A DNA stretch of 61,595 bases, counting the filler, from Candidatus Omnitrophota bacterium (GTDB lineage: Bacteria > Omnitrophota > Gorgyraeia > Zapsychrales > JBDRMG01), in the NCBI GenBank assembly GCA_043812495.1. It is 5 parts of 5 records of this genome, joined end to end, with 100 filler letters (N's around TTAATTAATTAA, not from the genome) between each part and the next. Parts side by side here need not be neighbours in the genome. Positions count along the whole stretch, not along the records: positions 48,858 to 61,595 come from JBDRMG010000061.1; 4 more parts are not named here. The stretch is one strand, 5' to 3'. A model generated the notes under the pieces. That model was given only the letters and a program-made list of their open reading frames with translations. It had not been told where the DNA came from and did no database searches. Shown one piece after another: positions 53,297 to 61,595 of this stretch. The translations under genes and the position numbers were made by a program. Within the stretch, counting starts at the first letter, position 1; each line of letters begins with the position of its first letter.

Positions 53297-55030
53297 TTAT
53301 TTTATAATGTCATCCGGCGTCGTCACTCTCAAGACCTCTTCGAGAGATGTTAAGCCTTTTAAAACCTTAGAAAATCCGTCTTCCCGCATCGTGATCATAC
53401 CTTCCCGGCGTCCCATTTCTTTAATTTTATTCTCTCGTTCACTGGCCATGATCAGAGGCTTAACCTTGGGACTCAGGACCAGCACTTCCGAGATCCCGAT
53501 ACGTCCGCTATATCCGATATTCAAACAGTGCCTACATCCTTTGGGCTTATAAAGCGTAACTTCTTTCTTGTCAACATAACGATCTAAGGTTGTTTTCTTC
53601 AAAATAGCCTCCGTCGCTTGATAAGGCTCTTTGCAACGATCGCATAATTTGCGCAGAAGTCGCTGGGCCAAAATACACAAAACCGAAGAGCAGATCAGAA
53701 ATGGCTCAACACCCATATTGACCATGCGAACAATAGAGCCCGAGGCCGTTGTGGTATGCAGAGAACTCAAGACAAGGTGTCCGGTGAGAGCGGATTTAAT
53801 CGCGATATCCAAAGTTTCATAATCACGGATTTCACCGATCATAATGATATCGGGATCTTGTCTTAAGATGGAACGCAGGGCGGCAGAAAAAGTCAAGCCC
53901 ACATCAGGGCGAACGCTGACTTGATTCATTCCCTGCATCTGATACTCAATCGGATCTTCGACCGTAATGATATTTTTCTCAGGTGAGTTAATATAGTTCA
54001 GGATAGAATAAAGAGTTGTCGTCTTGCCGCTTCCCGTCGGACCGCACGCGAGAATCATGCCGTGAGGCTTTTGTGAGCTATCTTCCAGGGCCTTCAAAGA
54101 GGCCTCGCCAAAACCAAGTTTTTCAATATCCAGAGTCGCTGAAGTCTTATCCAAGATTCTTATGACAACATTCTCGCCGAAGGCCGCGGGCAAGACGCTC
54201 ACGCGAAAATCGACCTCTTTCTTGCTTTCTCCCAAAACGATCTTGAAACGTCCATCTTGAGGAAGCCGATGTTCGGAGATATCCATATTACAAATAACTT
54301 TGATGCGCGAGACAATCGGAAAGTGTAAATTTTTCGGCATCCGATCCACCTCCCGGATCACCCCGTCAATACGATAACGGATACGAAGAACTTTTTCTAA
54401 TGGCTCAACAAAAACATCACTGGCTCTGGCCGCGATTCCCTGCTCAATGATCGCGTTAGTCAACTTGATGGTTGGCGCATCCTGCGTCAGGCTCTCAATA
54501 TCTTCTATCACTTCGCCCTGGGCGGATTCACGCACAAGCTCTAAGCTTTCGATATCAGAGATATCTCTAATAATTTTTTCAAATCTTGTCTGCGTATCTT
54601 CGGAATAATAATTGTCAATGGCTTGTAAAATGTCTTTGGTCCGCCCGATGATGGGATTAATTTCCAGTCCCGTGAGGGCACGCACATTATCAATGGCAAA
54701 AATATTTAACGGATCCGCCATGGCCAACGTCAGACTGTCTCCGATTTTGGAAACGGGAAGAATCTGATAATTGATCGCCACGTCGCGGGGAATAATTTTC
54801 ACAACCGCAGGGTCAATCTTAAGACGGGCAATATCGATGGGAGGCATCCCCAAGCCCTGGCTGAGAATAAGGGTTAGCTCTTCTTCTGTAATCAGGCCGA
54901 GCTTTACAAGAATTTTACTTAATTCGCCGCCTTGCTCCTTTTGCACTTGCAAAGCTCGATCAAGATCTTCCTGCTTGATGATTTGGTTTTTAATCAGAAT
55001 TTCTTTTAATCGTTCTTTGAGAGAAAACAT
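53297..55030 (-). CDS. pilB: Second type IV pilus assembly ATPase (PilB/GspE family)
   Basis: GPTGSGKTTT, LRQDPDIIMIGEIRD, tetracysteine motif. Confidence 0.92.
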   Translation of the reverse strand: MFSLKERLKEILIKNQIIKQEDLDRALQVQKEQGGELSKILVKLGLITEEELTLILSQGLGMPPIDIARLKIDPAVVKIIPRDVAINYQILPVSKIGDSLTLAMADPLNIFAIDNVRALTGLEINPIIGRTKDILQAIDNYYSEDTQTRFEKIIRDISDIESLELVRESAQGEVIEDIESLTQDAPTIKLTNAIIEQGIAARASDVFVEPLEKVLRIRYRIDGVIREVDRMPKNLHFPIVSRIKVICNMDISEHRLPQDGRFKIVLGESKKEVDFRVSVLPAAFGENVVIRILDKTSATLDIEKLGFGEASLKALEDSSQKPHGMILACGPTGSGKTTTLYSILNYINSPEKNIITVEDPIEYQMQGMNQVSVRPDVGLTFSAALRSILRQDPDIIMIGEIRDYETLDIAIKSALTGHLVLSSLHTTTASGSIVRMVNMGVEPFLICSSVLCILAQRLLRKLCDRCKEPYQATEAILKKTTLDRYVDKKEVTLYKPKGCRHCLNIGYSGRIGISEVLVLSPKVKPLIMASERENKIKEMGRREGMITMREDGFSKVLKGLTSLEEVLRVTTPDDIIK

Positions 55031-55033
55031 AGT

Positions 55034-55483
55034 TTATGCAGATTTGTAATATTTTTTAAGACAATTTCTAATGTCCGTGGTTGTGCTCACGAATGTTTGC
55101 ACCGTGCAACCCGTAATCAACTCGACATCCTCGATCGCCTGAACGTTTAAGGGGTTCGACATCGCAAGCGTCAGACTTTTTCCGATTTTATCAATCGGAA
55201 TGAGGCAATACTGTTTAGAGACATTCTCGGGGACACTCCCAAGAACCTCTTGGTCAATTTCGTAATTCGCTAATGGCAAATAGGGAAAACCGTATTGGCA
55301 CGTCAGGGCCTGGGCAATGCTTTCTTCGGTCGCAAAATTCAGATGCACAAGGACCTCGCCGATCAAGCCACCTTTTTCTTTTTGGTAAGCGACCGCCATC
55401 GCCAGCTGTTCTCGGTTGATCACACCTCGCTCAACCAGAACTTCTCCCAGCTGTTTATTGGAAATTTTCTTAAAGCTTGTCAT
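55034..55483 (-). CDS. Second stand-alone MshEN/GSPII_N domain protein
   Basis: QLGEVL..RGVI..EQL..A...Q...GGLIGEVL. Confidence 0.8.
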   Translation of the reverse strand: MTSFKKISNKQLGEVLVERGVINREQLAMAVAYQKEKGGLIGEVLVHLNFATEESIAQALTCQYGFPYLPLANYEIDQEVLGSVPENVSKQYCLIPIDKIGKSLTLAMSNPLNVQAIEDVELITGCTVQTFVSTTTDIRNCLKKYYKSA

Positions 55484-56907
55484 TTTTTATGAACCGTGGT
55501 ATTCCCGCCTTGGGCTTTGGCACCTTCAAGGAGCTCTTGGGCTTTTGTTATAAGCTCATCCGCCGTCATGCCATCCAACGGATTTTCCGTGACGGCGCCC
55601 GTGCATGTCAATTTTTTAAGAGCGTCTTCTTCCTCCGCAAAAAAGAATTCAATTTTCTTTCTGATGTCCTCCGCCAATTCAATGGACCGCTTTTTATTCT
55701 TCTCAGGCAAAATCAGGGCGAATTCATGGTCTCCGAACCGCCCGACCTTATCCACTTCATTGGCATTTTCCTTGCAGATCTGGCCGATTTTCATCAGGGC
55801 ATTTTCTGCGGATAAATGCCCGAAGGCTTCAAAATATTTTTCAAAATGATCGATGGAAAGAATCACAAAAGCACATGGTCTTTGAAAGCGGATCGCCCGC
55901 TGAATCTCTTCATTGAGTCTTTCATGCATGTAAAATTTATTATAGAGACCCGTGAGCTGATCGATAATTTCCAATCGCTCCAGGCGAGCGGCCAAGGTAT
56001 CGTTCTCAATCGCCACAGAGATTTGTTTAGAAATAAGATCCATGAGCTCGCAATCAATCGTCGAGAAAGAAAAATCCTTCTGGTTATTGCCCGCCACCAA
56101 TAATCCATAGCTTATTCCTTTGGAAATAATGGGGGCAAGAATGATGTTCGCAAGCGCAAATATTTTTTGACATTCTTCAACTTCTTGAGTCTTTTTTCTA
56201 TTCTTATCCACCATGATCATGGTCTGCTGAGAAAGGGTTCTTCCCAAAAGTCCTTGTTCGGAAATGATTCTTAATTTCTGGCCTTCTCTCAAGGGGGTGT
56301 CCTGTGATGTTTTCAGGATTCTAATACCAAATTCATCGGTTTGCGTCTCCGCGAGAAGAAGACAACTGAGGCTGACATCTCCCCCGGCAGAACATTTCTC
56401 GACACCAATGTGAAAAATCTCATCCAATTCGGCATGCTGGCTTAAAAGATTGCCGATCTGAATGAGGCTCGAGAGCGTCAAAATTCTTTTATTGATCTCA
56501 ACGTTAATCGTTTCTGTCTTTTCGCTAAATTCCTTAAGTTCTTTCAGATTATCTTTGATGCGCTGAGACATGTTGTTTAGAGCATCGCCCAATTGACCGA
56601 TTTCGTCATTACGGGCTAAAGTGATTTCTCGGTTCAGGTCCCCTTCGGCAATCTTTTTTGCATCCTTGGAAATTTTGATCACCGGCTCTATCATCTGAGC
56701 GATGATGATAAAACCCAGAGAAAGCAGAAAAAATAAAATAAAGATCACGATATTCAGATTTGTCTTGACTTGAAAAATGGATGAGGCGCCCGGAAAAAGA
56801 TAGGCCATAAAGACCAAGAAGGCCATCAAAACAAGACCGAAGGCAATCGCTAACTCATTAAGTAAAAATTTTGAATTCAATTTAAAATATTTAAAGAAAT
56901 ATTTCAT
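55480..56907 (-). CDS. TM-HAMP-GAF-degenerate GGDEF protein
   Basis: RNDEIGQL HAMP, D.LTGLYN, RFGDHEF in place of GGDEF. Confidence 0.88.
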   Translation of the reverse strand: MKYFFKYFKLNSKFLLNELAIAFGLVLMAFLVFMAYLFPGASSIFQVKTNLNIVIFILFFLLSLGFIIIAQMIEPVIKISKDAKKIAEGDLNREITLARNDEIGQLGDALNNMSQRIKDNLKELKEFSEKTETINVEINKRILTLSSLIQIGNLLSQHAELDEIFHIGVEKCSAGGDVSLSCLLLAETQTDEFGIRILKTSQDTPLREGQKLRIISEQGLLGRTLSQQTMIMVDKNRKKTQEVEECQKIFALANIILAPIISKGISYGLLVAGNNQKDFSFSTIDCELMDLISKQISVAIENDTLAARLERLEIIDQLTGLYNKFYMHERLNEEIQRAIRFQRPCAFVILSIDHFEKYFEAFGHLSAENALMKIGQICKENANEVDKVGRFGDHEFALILPEKNKKRSIELAEDIRKKIEFFFAEEEDALKKLTCTGAVTENPLDGMTADELITKAQELLEGAKAQGGNTTVHKK

Positions 56908-57018
56908 GACAAAACCTCCCTTGGTTCATAAAAAGTCTATTATATAATTTTAGCGTTGATTCAATTTTTGTCAAACTTATAAATATTAATATGAATATTA
57001 ATATTCAAATCTGTCACT

Positions 57019-58125
57019 TTAAAAAGTCGATCTTCGTTTATTTAGATTTAATAAGAATCCGATCATGACAAGATTCAACAGAAAAGAGGAACGGCCATAA
57101 CTCACCAAGGGCAAAGTTAATCCTACGACAGGACACAGACCCAAAACCATGCCGATGTTGATAATCGTTTGCAAAGTCAAGATGGTCACAATGCCGACCG
57201 CCATCATGAGACCGAATCGGTCTTGGGTTTTACCGGCAATCTTTAAGCCGCAATAAATGAGGACGAAAAAGCAAAATAGCAATACTCCCGCGCCGACAAA
57301 ACCCCACTCTTCCCCGATGACAGAAAAAATGAAATCGGTGTGCCGTTCCGGTAAAAAGTTGAGCTGATTCTGCGTGCCCGAAAGCCATCCCTTGCCGAAC
57401 AACCGACCTGACCCGATGGCAATTCTTGATTGAATAATCGTATATCCTGCCCCCAGAGGATCAATATTGGGATTCAAAAAAACCATCAGGCGTTGTCGCT
57501 GGTAATCTTTCAAAATGATCCACAAGAACGGAACGCAAACAACGCATAAACCCAAGAAACCAGCCAAATACCTCATGGGAATATCGCTGATAAAAATCAT
57601 AACGAGAAAGATGCCGAAAATGAGAATAGCCGTTCCTAAATCAGGCTGCTTAAAAATCAACAGCATCGGAACGATCGTCAAGAAAAGCGGGAAAAGAAGA
57701 TCTCTGGTCATAACGCCGAAAGTATTCTTTTTATAAAAATTCAGTGATTTTCGCTGATGGCTAAAATAGCGGGCCAAAACAAGAATGATAGCCAATTTGG
57801 CCAGTTCGGACGGTTGGAAGTTAAAAAACCCAAGCTCAATCCATCGTTTGGCTCCAAGGACATGGCGACCCGACACCAGAACAAAAACCAAAAGAAATAT
57901 CGTAACGCCATAAAACACATACGCGATCTCATAGAACTGCCTATAATCAAAACGGCTCACCAGAAACACGATCCCCAACCCGATCAGAGCGCAAAAAAGC
58001 TGATCATAAAAAACACGTTGAGAAACTCTCAAATTTTCATATGAAGCACTGTACAAAGCGATCAATCCGATCGCCATGATCGCGATGGTGACAACCCAAA
58101 TGATTCGTCCAATATTTTGATTCAT
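57019..58125 (-). CDS. rodA: Rod shape-determining protein RodA
   Basis: GAKRWI, FQPSELAK, QPDLGTA, LPERHTDFIF. Confidence 0.95.
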   Translation of the reverse strand: MNQNIGRIIWVVTIAIMAIGLIALYSASYENLRVSQRVFYDQLFCALIGLGIVFLVSRFDYRQFYEIAYVFYGVTIFLLVFVLVSGRHVLGAKRWIELGFFNFQPSELAKLAIILVLARYFSHQRKSLNFYKKNTFGVMTRDLLFPLFLTIVPMLLIFKQPDLGTAILIFGIFLVMIFISDIPMRYLAGFLGLCVVCVPFLWIILKDYQRQRLMVFLNPNIDPLGAGYTIIQSRIAIGSGRLFGKGWLSGTQNQLNFLPERHTDFIFSVIGEEWGFVGAGVLLFCFFVLIYCGLKIAGKTQDRFGLMMAVGIVTILTLQTIINIGMVLGLCPVVGLTLPLVSYGRSSFLLNLVMIGFLLNLNKRRSTF

Positions 58126-58137
58126 TAGTTTTGTTAT

Positions 58138-58315
58138 GTTGAAATATTATAATTGTATTTGCTTAATCCCCCTCACCTTTTTTTTATTCAAGATTATTTA
58201 AATTGTACGTTTTTAAAACGATTGAATAAATAAAAGGTGCGGGGTCAATTCGGCCTTATGACTTATGTCGTCCGCCGCTGAATCAATGGCGGACTCCATA
58301 AGTCATGGCCTCATT
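58138..58315 (-). repeat. AATGAG/CGAATT element, copy G
   Basis: Minus strand AATGAGGCCATGACTTATG..CATAAGTCATAAGGC-CGAATTGA-CCCC..GGGG-ATTAAGCAAATACAATTATAATATTTCAAC; its TGA is the mrdA stop codon. Confidence 0.88.
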
Positions 58316-60035
58316 GGAAAATATTCGCTTCTTTCAAGCGGATCAATAATTTTCTGGCTTCGCGCGTGGCAATATAGCTTGAGCCCCCGAATTCCAGAAA
58401 TACGCAAAAGGCAATTTTCGGCTGACAATCCGTGCAAAAACCGGTAAACCATGCGTGGGTCGGTCGTCCGCCGGAGGTTTGCGCTGTTCCGGTCTTTCCT
58501 GAAATTTTCAACCCCTCGATGTCCAATAAATGGGCTGTTCCCGCATAATCTCCGACGGCTCCTCGTAAACCCGCCTTCACCGCGGCAAAGGTCTCTTGTT
58601 TGATATCCAATCGCGCCTCAGCCTTAAATCGATCATCGCCCATCGCGCTTCCTTGTGTTGCGCGAAAAACATGTGGCTGAATATCTCGCCCATTGCGCGC
58701 AACAATCGCCATCATCTTTGTCAGCTGAAGAGGCGTCACCATCACATCGCCTTGTCCGATGGATAGATTCAAAGTATCTCCTTGATACCACCCTTCCTTG
58801 CGCAATACTCTTTTCTTTTCCGGATTAGGAATAGAACCCTTTACTTCCCCCGGTAAATCAATATTGGTGATCATCCCCAGGCCGAATAATTCCGCGTAAC
58901 GACTGATCAATTCCGGGCCAAGCAGTAATCCGGTGTTATAGAAATAAACATTGCATGAATGCGCGATCCCTTCGGTGAGATTCTGAATTCCATGCGCATG
59001 AGAGCAACGAAAACGTCTTCTTCCCAATTTATAGTACCCCGGACAATTAAAGGTTGTCCCTGGCTGGATCAATCTTTTCTCCAGAGCCCCGACGGCTATG
59101 GGAATTTTAAAAGTTGAGCCTGGCGGAAAAAGTCCCGCGATGGCACGGTTCATTAAAGGAGAATCGGCATTATGCATAATTTGCGTCACTTCTTTATCTC
59201 TTCCCTCGGCCATAAAAGCATTCAGGTCGAATGAAGGAGAGCTGACCATCGCTAGGATTTCCCCCGTGTCCCAATCCATCATCACAATGGCCCCTTTGTA
59301 TTCTTGCAAGGTCTCGGCCGCCATTTTTTGAATGCGCGAATCAATCGACAAAATAATATCCTGTCCGCTGACCGGTTCTTTGATCCCAAGAATCCTGACC
59401 TGCTGACCGCGGCTGTTCACTTCAATCTGAGAGCCGCCGTCTCCCCCTCGAAGATAACTGTCATAATATTCTTCGATACCCGTATAACCTGTCATTCCCT
59501 GCAGAGTGTATCCATAATCTTTGAGTTTGTTCAACCGCGAACGGCTCACTTGACCTACGTAACCCAAAACATGAGCGCCCACCTCATTAAACGGATAATA
59601 ACGTCGATTCGTGGCGTAAATCCATAATCCCGGAAAGCGAAATTTATTTTCCTCTAAAACCAAAGCCACGGACTTGGGAATATCCTCTGCGACGGTCACG
59701 GGAGTAAACGGCGCCAATTTCTTTTTTTCATATCTTTCCAGGAGCTTGACCGATTCGGCACTAAGCTGCTCGCCCAGATACGCAAAAAGGACACTTTTAT
59801 CCTGAATCTCCTGGGGAATAATCATGACGTCAAACGACACCCGGCTGCCCGCAAGCATGACACCGTTGCGGTCCAGAATCTTCCCGCGTCTGGCTTCAAA
59901 CGCCACCACGCGGATACGGTTATTCTTGCTCAAATTGAAATAATAAGGGCCGCGGATCAATTGCGTATACACAAGACCACCGGCAACGATAAGAAACAAT
60001 AAGGAGATCGCTAGGCGAATAACTTTGAGGCGCAT
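58311..60035 (-). CDS. mrdA: Penicillin-binding protein 2
   Basis: RGKILDRNG, PGSTFK, SCN, KTGTAQ. Confidence 0.95.
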   Translation of the reverse strand: MRLKVIRLAISLLFLIVAGGLVYTQLIRGPYYFNLSKNNRIRVVAFEARRGKILDRNGVMLAGSRVSFDVMIIPQEIQDKSVLFAYLGEQLSAESVKLLERYEKKKLAPFTPVTVAEDIPKSVALVLEENKFRFPGLWIYATNRRYYPFNEVGAHVLGYVGQVSRSRLNKLKDYGYTLQGMTGYTGIEEYYDSYLRGGDGGSQIEVNSRGQQVRILGIKEPVSGQDIILSIDSRIQKMAAETLQEYKGAIVMMDWDTGEILAMVSSPSFDLNAFMAEGRDKEVTQIMHNADSPLMNRAIAGLFPPGSTFKIPIAVGALEKRLIQPGTTFNCPGYYKLGRRRFRCSHAHGIQNLTEGIAHSCNVYFYNTGLLLGPELISRYAELFGLGMITNIDLPGEVKGSIPNPEKKRVLRKEGWYQGDTLNLSIGQGDVMVTPLQLTKMMAIVARNGRDIQPHVFRATQGSAMGDDRFKAEARLDIKQETFAAVKAGLRGAVGDYAGTAHLLDIEGLKISGKTGTAQTSGGRPTHAWFTGFCTDCQPKIAFCVFLEFGGSSYIATREARKLLIRLKEANIFQ

Positions 60036-60496
60036 TGACGTAAACCTTTATAGATAAAAACGGAAACGAGGGTTGTCAGAATGACATTGGGTAAAATCAC
60101 GTATTGGACAGCTTGGATGAAATTTATGTTTTCATTGATTAGCAAAATACAATAAACCGTTAAGCCGTTGAGTAAAGAGATGAGAAATGTTGTCAAGATT
60201 TGCGACAGACCGATCTCCAGCTCATAAAAATATCTCTTAATCAATGTCGTGGCGTAAGCGCACAAAACAAAAGCAAAAATATGAACCCCGAAAATTCCCG
60301 CGCTGAAACTGTCTTTCAGCAACCCTGCGGCAAAAGCGACAAAAAGGCTGTAGCGTATCCCGTAAATGGAGTTCGCAAAAATAACAAGCAAGAGCAAAAG
60401 ATTCGGCCGAAACCAAGATCCAAAAAGATTAAAAAGCAAGAATTCCGCCGCAAAAAAAACAACAAGCGCGAAAGTTAAGAAAAGAGGTTTACGCAT
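60011..60496 (-). CDS. mreD: Rod shape-determining protein MreD
   Basis: Multi-TM protein with PNLLL and GLLKD.FS..IFG; between mreC and mrdA. Confidence 0.88.
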   Translation of the reverse strand: MRKPLFLTFALVVFFAAEFLLFNLFGSWFRPNLLLLLVIFANSIYGIRYSLFVAFAAGLLKDSFSAGIFGVHIFAFVLCAYATTLIKRYFYELEIGLSQILTTFLISLLNGLTVYCILLINENINFIQAVQYVILPNVILTTLVSVFIYKGLRQCASKLFA

Positions 60497-60507
60497 GATT
60501 TCGTTTT

Positions 60508-60628
60508 AATGAGGCCGCAACCCCGCCGAAATGAGGCGGGGTTGCTGGCCGAATTAACCCCGCCAATCAAAATTGTTGGACAATTTTGATTGGCGGGGAT
60601 TAAACAAATATAAAAATGCTATTTCCAC
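60508..60628 (+). repeat. AATGAG/CGAATT element, copy H
   Basis: AATGAGGCC..GGC-CGAATTAA-CCCCGCCAATC..GATTGGCGGGG-ATTAAACAAATAT..TATTTCCAC. Confidence 0.88.
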
Positions 60629-61410
60629 TACTTGATGAGGACGATGACTTCTTCCGTCTGCGAAAAAGACACGGCCGGTTCGATGTAGCATTCACTCGTT
60701 GAGCTGCTTTGGCTTTCAAAGACAGAAATCACCTCTCCGATGAGCAATCCTTCCGGAAAAGATGAGCTGAGTTTCGAAGTGATGATTTTATCGCCAACCC
60801 GGATGTCGGCTTCGGGAGAAATGTAGCGCATCAGGCTGACCCCTTCGAGGGTGCCGGAAACCAATCCGCTTTCCCGATTGCGCTGCATGATCGCAGCGAC
60901 TTGAAAATTGGGGTCACTCAAAAGAAGAACGCGGCTTGTCTTGTCTCCGACTTCCGCTATTTTTCCCAGCACGCCTAAGGCCGTCACGACAGGCATCCCG
61001 ACTTCCAATCCGTTGCTCTTGCCGCGATCAATAATCACGGACGCGCTCCAATTGGTCGGATCCCGTCCGATGACATTGGCCGCTACAGATGAAAATACCA
61101 GGCTTTGCTGAAAATCAAAAAGCTCACGGAAACGATTGTTCTCCCTCAAGATTTCTTCCTGACCGACCAGACGACTGCGCAGTGTTTCCGCTTCTTCTTT
61201 CAGCTTCTGATATTGCGTGTAGGCTTGGCGATAAAATAGGATTTTCCGAAGTTCTTCAAAAGGGAAAAGCAGAATCCTCAATGGCCAAGAACTTTTGCCG
61301 ACAACGGTCATCTTGACAGGTCCAAAAACAGCAGATGAAATAAACAGAAAACAAAACGGCAGGAAAATAATAAGAACGTAGATTAATGGTTTTTGTATTT
61401 TTTTGGACAC
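60628..61410 (-). CDS. mreC: Rod shape-determining protein MreC
   Basis: EN.R.RELF, A.VIGRDP, IDRG...G...GMPV, FPEGL.IG.V. Confidence 0.93.
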   Translation of the reverse strand: MSKKIQKPLIYVLIIFLPFCFLFISSAVFGPVKMTVVGKSSWPLRILLFPFEELRKILFYRQAYTQYQKLKEEAETLRSRLVGQEEILRENNRFRELFDFQQSLVFSSVAANVIGRDPTNWSASVIIDRGKSNGLEVGMPVVTALGVLGKIAEVGDKTSRVLLLSDPNFQVAAIMQRNRESGLVSGTLEGVSLMRYISPEADIRVGDKIITSKLSSSFPEGLLIGEVISVFESQSSSTSECYIEPAVSFSQTEEVIVLIK

Positions 61411-61456
61411 ACGCTATGCACTTAATCAAAAGGTTCTTTTTTATTCAGGTTGAATG

Positions 61457-61595
61457 ACAGTACTTTGTTAAAAAATATTTTAAAATAATTTTTTTACGTT
61501 TATTTTGAAAAACTGTCTTTACGTAAAATTTGCGGAATCATAACTTACGTCATTTCAATGCGTTGCGTCAAATTTTCTTCATTTCCCCTTGATTT
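61457..61595. repeat. 139-bp repeat, reverse complement of 16763-16901
   Basis: Exact match; begins ACAGTACTTTG 46 bp upstream of the mreC start. Confidence 0.85.

Noticed and set aside
60508..60560. Hammerhead ribozyme resemblance (TGAGGCC...GGCCGAA) of the nine-copy element
   Set aside because: Lacks CUGA upstream and GAAA-stem III-UH; no stem I found; occurs in both orientations.

Overview
Five bacterial contigs joined by artificial 100-bp N/TTAATTAATTAA linkers (1-16661, 16762-27507, 27608-32415, 32516-48757, 48858-61595). Gene content suggests a Candidatus Omnitrophota-like MAG (inference). The backbone is housekeeping: rarA, 6S RNA, pheT/pheS, trkAH, rplT-rpmI-infC-thrS, tadA, mscS, dnaX-recR, coaC-rpoZ-gmk-yicC-ndk-parBA-yidC-yidD-rpmH, the oriC region dnaA-dnaN-dciA-gyrBA, a type IV pilus/c-di-GMP cluster and mreC-mreD-mrdA-rodA. 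The unusual content is mostly non-coding and tRNA-centred. (1) tRNA-Asn(GUU) is split at 35/36 by a 518-nt group I intron carrying an unannotated CTG-start HNH endonuclease, and is flanked by a GIY-YIG cassette on its 5' side and a large serine recombinase on its 3' side. (2) All four small GIY-YIG nuclease genes sit next to tRNA sequences, at least two inside duplications of tRNA ends. (3) tRNA-Val, -Arg and -Cys are surrounded by fragmented or nested copies of themselves packed with palindromic inserts. (4) A nine-copy intergenic element has fixed anchors (AATGAG...CGAATTRA...ATTAARCAAAT) and freely varying hairpins. There is also a fragment of a giant polyprotein-like ORF with repeated linker+TM motifs, and rnpA is missing from its usual position.
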